A stretch of 64,000 nucleotides of DNA. Origin: Rhina ancylostomus (lineage: Eukaryota). A program made the position numbers and the translations under genes. Where the stretch lies: contig JARFYF010000029.1 of assembly GCA_030265395.1 (NCBI GenBank), forward strand, positions 25,768,480-25,832,479, in the 5' to 3' direction. The notes beneath the pieces are model-generated. The model saw only the letters and a program-made list of their open reading frames with translations, did not search any database and was not told the origin of the DNA. Of this stretch, positions 13,837-24,299 are shown one piece after another (within the stretch, counting starts at the first letter, position 1; every line of letters starts with the position of its first letter).

Positions 13837-14460
13837 CACGTGTGCATATGTGGTACAAGTCAGACTTTACAGGCATGTGCTTAGTCAATAGTTTTGCTGC
13901 GCACTTGACATGGCTGCTCTGCGAGCCCTACTGGTCACTCAGTATGCTGGTTTGCAAAGTGAATGTGAACGAAGCTTTTACTGAAGTTTGTCCATTAGTT
14001 TTCCTGAATTTAAAACTAGAAAGAAAAATTGATTTTTGGCTCCTTGTTCGATCACAGGACATCTGAAAAAGCCTCACAGCAAAATTAGCACTTCTGAGCT
14101 GTCATGACTGCTTTAGGGATCTTTCTCTGCTGCCTGTAAAATGATCCAACTTTAACAGCTGCAATTCATGTTTTGTTCTTTTTAAGATTAATTAGGTTGT
14201 GTTTACCCATATCAATTTGTACTAAATTCTGTTGAAACTGATGTTATTTTACATTGAATTTTTTTCACAATATTTTAGAACTCTTCTTTCTTGTTCTGAT
14301 ATGTTGGATTTAAAGCTTCTGTTTACAACAATCCAACTTTTCCTGAAATCCCAAGGTTATAAAAAATTTTTACTATCATTTGTGCCAAGATATTTTTTTA
14401 AAAAAAAAACCTTCTTTGAAAAATAAAACTGAATTTTCACTTTTTCTCTCGTTCTTTCAG

Positions 14461-14721
14461 CTCAACCTCAATCCACTACAGCACTGGAACAGACTGAAGG
14501 GGAAACTGGCAAATTACAAAATAGCTACACAAGTCTGAGTAATGTAAATGGAATCCATAACGGGATCACACATGGGACTTCGGACCACAAAAAGCTCTCT
14601 GCTCCAGTCTCTCAGAAAGTGCACAGAAAACTCCAGTCAAGCCTTTCAGTTACTAGTAATGCCAGCAAAAAAAGCAAATTAAGTTCTACAAATTCTCAGA
14701 AACCAGCATCAACACCAGAAG
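14461..14721 (+). CDS. MDFIC: MDFIC (MyoD family inhibitor domain-containing) internal coding exon, penultimate, phase 1/1
   Basis: Acceptor tttttctctcgttctttcag|14461, donor GAAG|gtatgt at 14721/14722. Open 261-nt exon translating to (x)QPQSTTALEQTEGETGKLQNSYTSLSNVNGIHNGITHGTSDHKKLSAPVSQKVHRKLQSSLSVTSNASKKSKLSSTNSQKPASTPE, matching recalled human MDFIC (KLSAPVSQKMHRKIQSSLSV...KKSK...SSPED). Missing from the ORF track because it has no ATG. Confidence 0.95.
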
Positions 14722-15139
14722 GTATGTTTAACCATCCAGAACTGTGGGGGTTTTTTTGCACACTTCAGTGTATATTTCAAATAATGTTATGAAACGAGGT
14801 TTAAAAGTTAACCACCTATCCCAGGCTAACTTTTTTTGAAAAGGCATTCTTTTACAATTCATCAGAAGAAAATACTTGAGAATAATAGCATTGTTTTCTT
14901 AAGATATTGCCAAAGAAGAATTTATTCGGTAAACTGTTGAAAGCAAATGGAAATAAATAATAGTTTTCTTGTGGTCTTAAGAATAATATTACTTTGGCCA
15001 TCCTGACCCACCAGCAAATAGTAATTGGATGTGTTTCAATATAATTTGGGGATCTGAGATCAAACAAATTTGATTTCTTGTCATGTGATCATCAGTGGAA
15101 AGACAATGATATTTTAAAATACTGTACAACTTTTGCAAA

Positions 15140-15680
15140 AGAATTGAGCAGGTAATCAGCAGCCCCCATGCCAGTTCCACCATTCTATAAGGTTATGGTT
15201 GATCTTACCTTGATGTAACTTTTCTGCACTAAATACCATCCTTGCCTAAAACTCTATCCATTATTCATCTTTGAATGTGCTCGGTGACTGAGCTACCATT
15301 GGCTTCATGGATAGAGAATTCCAAAGATTCATTACCACTGAGTGAAGAAATTTCTTCCTGCCTCTGTTCTGAGCAGTTGATTCCTTATTTTGAGACGAGG
15401 ACTCTGATATAGATGCTGCAGCCATGGGAAATATCATCCCCACACCTACCCTGTCAAGGTCCGAAAGAATTGTGTGCATTTCTCTGATTTGCTTCTATTC
15501 CAATCTTCTAGTCTTAAACCTGTGATTAATCCCTCTTCATAGGACAATCCCACCATCCTTGGCCTCAATCTGGTGAATCAATTGTGAATTTATTCTCCCT
15601 TGGGGGAGATCATGCAGTTTCAGCAGGGTCTTGTAAAATTGGTGCAAGAAGCCGCTACTCTTGCAATAACTTGCAATATT
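15140..15680 (-). mobile_element. CR1 LINE 3' fragment
   Basis: Minus ORF 15261..15479 has RKKFLHSVVMNLWNSLSMKPMVAQSPSTFKDE, the CR1 ORF2 C-terminal motif (FFxQRVVNLWNSLP..VEA.S...FK). Confidence 0.8.
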
Positions 15681-17554
15681 GTATCTAAGCCTGTCCTTAT
15701 TTGACAGCCATTCATAAGGATTTGAACATTTTCACACTTAGGAACTCTGATCTTACCCCCTCCCATCCCAGAGTATGTAATACACCCATCCTTAAGATCA
15801 GCTGACTCGGAGCAGAATAAAATTTGACCTTGAAAATTGCCTGCCCAACATTCAAAGTGACTTTACTGCTTTAGTGCTACTTAAACTCCTAGGATTCCTT
15901 TGAATAGGAAAAGATCTGTCCATAGTAAGAGAGAATCCACATTATTTATGCCCTTGCACAGAAATGGTTTGTTTAGCAATGATTGCAAAGTAATGGGCAA
16001 AATGTATTGGGTCAGAACTTCTTGTCAGCCACAGGTCTGTGCCCGCCATGTGGGGAAAAGTAACATTGTCTCAGACCTCTTGTCTTTATGCCAAGACCTT
16101 ACACTGTTAATACTGTTTAATGGCTGTCCTACATTAAAAGAAATTGTATGGAAACAGCTTTCGCTCCTTGGAGGAAGTGAGTCATCCTTGATCCCATGGA
16201 ACTGCCCAAGAAGAAGGAAGAGAAAAATATGGATTTGCCATCTGCAGCATCCCTGACTTTAAACTGTTAAGTGTTGTTTGATGTTAAGTCATGAGGCTGT
16301 GCACAGAAGTGGAGCTTTGCATGACACTGTGGTTACTTGGGTGAGCCAAATGAGCCTTGTCCATGACATGGTTGGAAAGAACTTTGGCACCTGGCAAAAA
16401 GCAATTGAACACTGAAAGCATTAAACACGTACTTTGTTAAAATGAATTTAAATTATCCTTTTCTTGCTGCTGGCTTTTGCAGCTACTACTGTGTATTCAA
16501 ATAAACTGGCTCCTGTGTTCTTGCACCATGTCTAACCAGGCTTGCAGCTTCTTTCTCAATCCTCTGCTAATTTGATGAAAGTGTGTGCTTTTCCAGTGTT
16601 CGCCATGAGGACACGTTAACTCGGAGTGTACTTGGGGAAATTACCAGTAGAACTTGGGCAGCAAGTGTGGAAGTTTCAAACCTCCTGATATTTGGGGCAG
16701 CAAGTTCTCGAATCTTGATTGATAGAAAACCTATTGGATTTGCTTAATACTCTTGCACTACAAACACTGGCACATTTTTGCCTTATTTTTCAATAGTATG
16801 GATTATTAAAAATGAACCTATGACAGGATTGTATCTAACAATCCAATCCATGGCATTTTTTGGTAGGTAGATTTAGGAGTGCCTCAAGGTGATTCCATAT
16901 TGAGTTGCAATGGCATATTTTGCACAGCTAACATAAAGGCAGCTCTAGAGTAGAAATTGCTCCCTTTTGTGTCTATTTACAGAATAAAAAGTGAGAGTAA
17001 AAAAGATTTTGGCATTAATCTTCCTGCATTACAGTAAATAGCCTGGGTAGCTGCCCAAATTTGGATTTTAGTTCCCCTTGTGCAATTAAATGAAGAAACA
17101 TACTATCTGTTTTATAATCTTCCAGAAACTAGTGGAGCAGAATCTGGGAATGGTCCAATTGGAATTCTTGGCTGGTGCATCCAAGCACCAATTTCAGGGC
17201 CACTTTCAAAATTCTGGATTGTAAATCCATCACGAGATGTGCACCTGGAAAAGAATGATTACCAATTTCCATGCACACAATTTGTTTAACAGAAATGAGT
17301 TGAATAAATGTTTTCAGTCTCCATTGTTCTTTCCACTGTCCTATGATTTTAAATAATTGGACAGTGCAGTATATATTGCAGGTGTGGTAACAAACTGTTC
17401 TCAAAGACCAAATGCAGATGTGCATTATGTGATTGGAAATACTTAGGTAGTGATAGTGAGCATTCCAAGGATACTTGAACACTGATCAAATGAATAAAAG
17501 AGAGTGATGTCATTTTTGCTGCAATTTTTAAACTTTGAAGTACAGTTGGTTTTT

Positions 17555-17872
17555 GAGTTGTGCAGTTATACAGCATGGAAATAGACCCTCAGCCCACTGA
17601 GATGTACTGAATGTCAATCATCCATTTTCTTTACTCCCTATTCTGCCCTCATTCCATTTAACTTCCTCCTGGACTCTAATAATACCAGGGGAAATTCATA
17701 GGCCAATTAACTTGCAAAATTAACTTCTGTGGGAGAAAAATGGAGCACATGGATAAAGCACATGTTGTCATGGAGAAAACATGCAAACTCCACACAGACA
17801 GCACCAGAGGTCAGGATTGAACCTAGGTTGCTGGAGCTATGAGGCAGTGGCTCAATGAGCTGTGCCACTGTG
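17555..17872 (-). mobile_element. tRNA-derived V-SINE (HE1-like) with CR1-derived tail
   Basis: V-domain reverse complement catgcaaactccacacagacagcacc, B-box reverse complement caggattgaacctagg, head end gagctgtgccactgtg, tail reverse complement atacagcatggaaatagaccctcagccc. Confidence 0.8.
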
Positions 17873-18739
17873 TTTGTTGTATATGTACCAGAGTAGCTGT
17901 AAGAAATTTGAGTTTGTCTTAAATATTTCCTGAATTCAGTATATGCTATATAATTGTGGGCTTTCCCATGTCAACCAATACATAATCCAGTGCCATTCAT
18001 ATAAAGGGTAGGAATGTAGTAAAATTATTTTTCGGTGAGAACTGGACGTGTTGAATTTCATATGTACCCTCATGTTCATTTCTCCAGTGTTTTAATTAGT
18101 TGATTAAAACTCTTTAGCGAGATCAGTCAAATATTACTGCTTTGTTGTACAGACAATTGCTGAATCTACAGAGTGCCAGTTATATTCAACTTGCCTTGCA
18201 TCAAGCTATTCCTGAGAATAAGAAAAATATTAAACTCTACTGAGATATCCCAGTTAATGGGTTAAATATGGCAACTTTTCATCATCTTGCAGAGCAGAAC
18301 TTGCAGAGATTTGATCAACCCTGGTCTTGCAATAAATTTCAAATTTCCTTTTTGTTCAACCTTTAGGAGGATCATTTTGATTGGCTTTTCATATCTATTT
18401 GTTGTTCAAAGATGGTGGCCAACCTCTTACTCAATAAGATTCAACAGAAGACCTATCAACACTGGCTCTATTCCAAGAGTATGTTCCCATTGGAGAACTA
18501 ATTGCTGGGATTAGTTGGCATTACCTACTTTCTATACCGTTAATGGTAAAGTGTAGTGGAAATTGATATACCTTTCTTCCATGCCGTGGGAGCTTCAGTG
18601 AATTTTTGTATCCAGCTACCTAAATAATATGGACATGAATTTTAAAATAATACATCTTTTTGAGAAGAAATGATCAAAAAGTAAGCAATTCCTATATTTG
18701 ATATATAGGACAATTGATATATAACTCATATTTACTTGT

Positions 18740-18965
18740 GCATAAATGGAAGCTATTTGGCCCAGTGACTCTATGCCAGCTCTCATATCAATCCCATTTT
18801 CTCTCTTTTCCCTCCGCCCCCCAACTTATTTCCCTATAAACTATTATCTCTCTCATACCCATCGACACCAACCGACCACCTACAGAAAGGATAATGTGCA
18901 GGAGCCAATTGACCCACCAATCAGCACACCTTTGGGAAGTGGAAGAAAACCAGACCACCCTTGGC
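18740..18965 (-). mobile_element. Truncated V-SINE/HE1-like copy
   Basis: gaagctatttggcccagtgactctatgccagc tail and gccaattgacccaccaatcagcacacctttgggaagtggaagaaaacc body. Confidence 0.6.
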
Positions 18966-19259
18966 AAATAAAGATCAAGTTTTAAATTTGCATGATCACT
19001 TTTTGTTACTACTTCTGGCTACATTTGATTGTTGGGGATTTCTGGAATTTTGTTCTCTTGTTTATGCAGAAGATGTAACATTTGAAGCCGCTGTACCTTG
19101 TGCTCTTATCTGAATTTTACTTCCAAGTGGAGTACAAAGTCCAGCTTCCACTGCACTCCACACACAATTCAGAGGACTAAGGATTAGTTTTTACCTTGCT
19201 TTCTCTCTCTGCCCTAAACTAAATTATATAGGAGCCTGGCCTACTTGGGCAATGCCACA

Positions 19260-19405
19260 CAATTTTAAATCCTCTTGATTGGAATGTGGGAAGAATAAAA
19301 TGGCTTGGGGTAGTGTTAGTGTAAAAAAAAATGGGTGATTGATGGTCAGCAAGGACTTGGAATTGAAAGGCCTGTTTCTATACGTTACTCTCAATAACTC
19401 TGACT
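19260..19405 (+). mobile_element. SINE/CR1 3' tail fragment
   Basis: gattgatggtcagcaaggacttgg...gaaaggcctgtttctatacgttactctcaataactct, the same tail as at 34480-34530 and 48460-48510. Confidence 0.6.
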
Positions 19406-19949
19406 GACTCTTGCTGCCACTGCTAAGACTGCAATGTCTCAAACGTAACTATGGACAATTAAGGATTTTAAGTTTTGACCTAGTGTAAATTTGGTCGTAT
19501 TTTCCAATCCAATGTTTCTAGGACGAAGCAGAGGGAGCATTGCACTGCATTCAGTTGTTAATGTAAAGTGAAAATTCAGTGAAAGGTGCTCAGAGGGTCC
19601 TTTGAATTGATGGTATACTTAAAAGTCTAAACATTGAGAATTTAATTGTTGGAGAAGGAGTACTATACGTAAGTGTCAAGCTGTGACTGTGTTCAAAAAG
19701 ATCAGTCTTGTCACCTCCAGAGAGAGTCTCGTCACTTCTGCCTGATTGTCTGTGGAACTACCATTGCCAAACTTTGCATCATCTTCCTGGAAGGAAGAGG
19801 GTGTGGGCCTGTAGACCTTGTATGGATCAACCATACAGATTTTGTAGCTTCAAGAGCAAATCAAATTCTTGTTATTCTGTGGCGAATAGGTCACCTATCT
19901 GCATAAAGCCTTCCCTCCTCTTGCCTGGATAAGGGCAGTGCTAGAGTTG

Positions 19950-20340
19950 TTTGGCATAATCCAGGCCAAAACCACTTGCGTAATTAGCATTCTATTCACC
20001 ACCCTAACAGTACCCTTCATCCATCAATGGCACATCAAAGTTGCAATCTGTACAATCTACAAAGTGCATGAACTTGCTAAGGCTTCTATGCTTGGTCTGG
20101 ATCTGTATACCTAGGAGGGCAAGGGCAACAGGCACATAAAAATGTCATACGTATCATGACTGGAAGTACATTGCTGGTTCTTTATCCTCATAGGGTTAAA
20201 AATCATTGAACACCTATCTAACAATACTTAACATCCCCAAAAGGACTGAAGCAGATTGGCTGGTGACTGAGTTCCACCTTTTGAAGGGCAATTAGGGATG
20301 GGTATTAACTATTGGACTTGGTTGTGAAACCACTTCCTGT
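19950..20340 (+). mobile_element. Degenerate LINE 3' fragment (family of 2720-3460)
   Basis: gaagggcaattagggatgggtattaactattggacttgg tail, preceded by ctaggagggcaagggcaacagg. Confidence 0.6.
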
Positions 20341-21530
20341 AGTTTTCTTTAAATTATAAGCAAAATTCACCTATCAAATAGAGACTCCTATCCAGATTTG
20401 ACATTCTTAAAAGCAGAAATTTGTGTTGTGCAAACCCATAGTCTTAAAGAGAAGTATGTCTTGCTCGCTTAACTCTGCTGATCATCAAATGGCATTCAAT
20501 GGTGCTATAATTTGTATGGTACTATGCATATTTTTGAGGCATAACTAGGTGTTCATTTTTTAAAATTTTGATCTCTGCTAGGGTTCATATTTATGTTGCG
20601 TAAATATAAAAATCTCTGAACTGGATCCCTTCCCTAGGTTTAAAATATATGGGATTAATCAAATGCTTAGTTAGCTCCTTTTCTAATTTGCATTTAAACG
20701 GAGAATAGTCTGTTCAGTTTCTGATCTGCATTGAATAAAAATGTGATTTATTCATATGTGCAAATTTCTCTTTCGGTTAAACCATAGCCAGTAGTTTATT
20801 TTACCAGTGCCTTATTTGCATTTAATAATAGAGCATGAGAGTAATTTCCTGAATTCATATTTAACCAATGAAATTCCAGTTAACTCCTGTCCTTGGTGTG
20901 TTTTTTGTTTTTTTTCGAATCACTTCAGGTTTAGTGAAGCTAGAAAGTACATTATAGTGTTTTAATCGATGTCATGAACTTGGATAATACCTGAAAGTGG
21001 AGATAAATTGATGAGTCAATTACTGCTTCTGCCTTCGGGGCCTAACAGTCAGTTATATTAACGATAATTAATAGGCTTTAGGGAGCAACTAATTTTTCAG
21101 GAAATCCAAACAGGATGTACAAGACATAAAGGAAGTGAGCTGAGGACTCTTTGAAATAGCATGTTAATGACTGCATTTTTTCATAAAGAACAAAATCATT
21201 GATTGATGGTCTTTGTGGACTTAATATTCCAATGTTTTGAGGTAAAAATTAATAGATTCATATGAATTTGTAAAATAATTACAAATATTCTAGGATTTTC
21301 AGAACAAAAATACTCAGATTTTATGCTTTTTGTTTTGTGGAACCTATTCTGCCATAATGATTTATATCTGAAAAAAAGTTACTAGAAGTACATTCATCAC
21401 TGCTTTATATTGTGGTGAATTTCCAGGATTNNNNNNNNNNNNNNNNNNNNNNNNNNNNNNNNNNNNNNNNNNNNNNNNNNNNNNNNNNNNNNNNNNNNNN
21501 NNNNNNNNNNNNNNNNNNNNNNNNNNNNNN

Positions 21531-21665
21531 CCTGGATCCACCTATCACCTGCCAGCTCTTGCTCCACCCCTTCCCTCCACCTTTTGATACTGACCAATTT
21601 GTGTCTCTCTTTCAGTCGAGGTGAAGGGTCTCAACCCAAAATGTCGCCTGTCCATTTCTCCTCCC
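21531..21665 (+). mobile_element. Penelope-like element terminal fragment
   Basis: ccacctatcacctgccagctc...gtgaagggtctcaacccaaaatgtcgcctgtccatttctc, a typical PLE end motif (tgaagggtctcgacccgaaacgtc). Abuts an N gap. Confidence 0.6.
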
Positions 21666-23689
21666 TCCTCCCACTGCCCCCCCCTCCCATGTTTCTATAT
21701 TCCTGTGCTTTATAGTCCCATTGTTTGAACTCCTATTTGGGGTATCAGCCATAATGAAGTTGCAGTTATTGTTCTTTCATGTGCTAAGCAATGAATGACA
21801 ATTGTCATAACGCCTGTACCATTGGTGAGTCAGTGAATTTGAATTTCTGCTTGTTTTGGTAGTAAGTTAAAAGTGAAATGTAGGGTACAACAGGGGGTGC
21901 TTCTGAAATCAGATGTGCAATGTGTGAAGTACCCTGAAGCAAACTCATTGCTGCAATGAGTATGACCAACTGCAGCTGGTGGTGCTGGCAGTATTTAAGA
22001 GGAAACATCCAGTCAGGCTTAGATTTCTGACCACAGATGTGCTCAGACCAAAGTACATTCAGCCACTTGTTATTGCAGATCTGAGTAGGTGGCTTTACCT
22101 TAATTGTCAGAAGACTGCCAGGGTCTGATAGATTGGTGGGTGTGCGCTGTGCCTTACTTTACTCATTGAAATCATTGGAATATAATGTGACATTTAAGGT
22201 CAGTGTTTCACTAAGCCTGTGGGTTTCCTAGTCAGTGAGTTAGGATTAATTTCCCCTGTTTTTTTTTAACCTCCTACTGATTTGCCTTCTATCTATTCAA
22301 GTAATGCTGGAATGGGGGAAGTTAATTTGCAGTAGAGTGCCTCTTCTGCATATACCCCTTGTGGGTAATCTTGCAATCTTAAGCACCATTTTGGTATCTA
22401 CTTGTTTTAGACTCAAAGTACTGAGGCTGCAAAATTCAGTTTATTTTCTCTGGCCAATAGATTGGCAAATCAGTGATTGTGTCGTGAGTCATCTTAAAGC
22501 AAGAGGTGTGGTTTACCATTGTAACAGAATAGAAGAAGCCTTATTGTACATTTATTATTTAATGTGCATGATCTGATTTGGGACACCAAATGGAAAATAT
22601 TGATCTAGATGTTTGTTCTTGTAAAACCATCAACCTCACAGTACTGGAAGAGTTGATGCCAAAATCCTAAGGTTGAAATCAATTATTCCCTACTGTTTCT
22701 TGAAGTAAGTTCTTTTGCAACCTTCTCCAATGTAATTGAGAAGTTGGTCCTCTGAGAACTTAAGGTACATATGACCTAATAATGCTATAAAACACCCTGA
22801 AAATATTATCATTTTACATGAGGTTAAGTGAGTTATTAATGCCATGGTAAGTCACAGAAAGGGTTGCACCACTTTTGTCCCTTTAAATCCTAATTTTGTA
22901 TGTGTGGGTTTTAATTCCCTCTGATAAATCAAAACGTAATAAACTTGATTCTTAAAGTTTGACATTTTAGCTTCTACCTTGTATATATTCCAATCTTAAT
23001 ATTGTGCTCTATAATTTTTTTGTTTAAATTAATAATTCTACTTTTTAATTCCTTGCTGATGTCTGAGAATTCTTCAATGTAGTTGCTCTACTTGTCAAAT
23101 GACATGATCGTTGTTGAAATTGAAGGATCCCATGAGAACAGTTGTGATGCAACTAAAGGAAGCTCAAGTTACTGAGCTGGCCAGGTGCTTGTGGGAAGTT
23201 TTGGTCAGTAATAAGCATTGTTGTTTCTTTACTGATTGCATAATCCAGGCCTTTAATTTCTCCAGCACTGGAAAATTTCACCATTTAGAGAGCAAATAAC
23301 ACTTGAAATCATTTTGATTGTTGTTTCTGCTCCTATTAAGTTCTGCATTGTAGTTTTTGCTGACATTTTTTTTTGTGAAGAGGGCAGTGTTATCTGATTA
23401 GAANNNNNNNNNNNNNNNNNNNTGTTTAGTTTGGTGTTTTCTCACACTGTAACCTGGAGGGCCAGTTGATGGATGGTAAAAGCATGATTTGGATATGTCA
23501 CCTTTAGTTGAGGCTCCAGCTAACTGTGGAAGGTGCCATTCAGTTGTTCACCATAATTGTTGAATTGGAAACTTGGAATATTTATTGGGATGTACACTTG
23601 TCTATTTTAAAGTTGCAAGGCTTCTTACCACTATTCTTTTTTTCTATCCTACACAAGGCTAAAGTCAAATATTTGAATTAAAAACAATG

Positions 23690-23835
23690 TATTTTGTACT
23701 CTGCAGGTCAGGCACCTGTAGAGAGAGGAATGCATTAACATTTCAAGTCAGTGACTTGAAGCATTAACTCCATATTTTTACCCACAGGTTCTGCCTAACC
23801 TTACAAGTATTTCTAGCACTTCTCTGTTTTTGATT
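23690..23835. repeat. Short imperfect palindromic repeat (Penelope/MER6-like)
   Basis: The left arm ctgcaggtcaggcacctgtagagaga is roughly complementary to the right arm cccacaggttctgcctaacctt...tatttctagca. Confidence 0.55.
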
Positions 23836-24027
23836 TGGGTTTTCAGAATATTTTGCTTTTGTCATAGTTATGTGAATATTTAACTTGTAATTTTGTGTGC
23901 TGCAGTATAATATGGATAGAAAAGATGGGTTGAAAATATGGGAAAAGTTTTGAATAAACATGCTTTTTTTTCAGTGAAGCTGTATTTACTTTATTGACTT
24001 TGTTCAAACCTTTTCTCTCTGCATCAG

Positions 24028-24299
24028 ACTGCTGTGCTTCTTTGGTTCTGGCCTGTCTTTTCTGTCACTGCACCGAGCTCACCCTTGGCCTTCTTCAGGT
24101 TTGCTCCTTCTGTCAGCATGGTGTCTGTGATTCCTGCTGTGGTTGCTGTGGCTGTTGCTGCATGAGCCTTCAGGAGACTCCTGCTGAGGATCTCAACTGT
24201 GCCTGTGACTTCGATTTTACACTCTTTGATTCTTGCTGTGAGGCAACTGAATGTCTGGAAATATGTTTCGAGTGTTCTGAACTCTGCCAGCATGGCTAG
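24028..24299 (+). CDS. Second (alternative) I-mfa-domain-like C-terminal exon within the last MDFIC intron
   Basis: Branch-like ttattgac (~23991-23998), pyrimidine tract ccttttctctct, cag|24028. Phase 1, so G(14721)+AC gives Asp. Encodes DCCASLVLACLFCHCTELTLGLLQVCSFCQHGVCDSCCGCCGCCCMSLQETPAEDLNCACDFDFTLFDSCCEATECLEICFECSELCQHG* (90 aa, 23 Cys) with no stops or frameshifts. Shares LACLFC, NCxCDxD and CCExxxCLEICxEC with the canonical exon. Confidence 0.85.

Noticed and set aside
1-14460. Upstream MDFIC coding exons, including a candidate acceptor near 7526
   Set aside because: No segment translated to a recognisable MDFIC N-terminal sequence. The 7526 candidate stops after a few codons in phase 1.
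17800-17872. tRNA gene (A/B-box-like sequence on the minus strand)
   Set aside because: It is the degenerate tRNA-derived head of a V-SINE, contiguous with the V-domain and CR1 tail, with no intact cloverleaf.
23960-24027. Upstream acceptor cttttttttcag at 23974 as the real start of the alternative exon
   Set aside because: It is 53 nt upstream and out of frame (V-K-L-Y-L-L-Y-stop). At most a cryptic site.
23994-24299. Stand-alone 101-aa Cys-rich ORF (metallothionein, keratin-associated or toxin-like single-exon gene)
   Set aside because: The start is a TTG within the branch/pyrimidine region. Homology begins exactly at the CAG acceptor (24028) in the phase required by MDFIC, and the motifs are I-mfa type.
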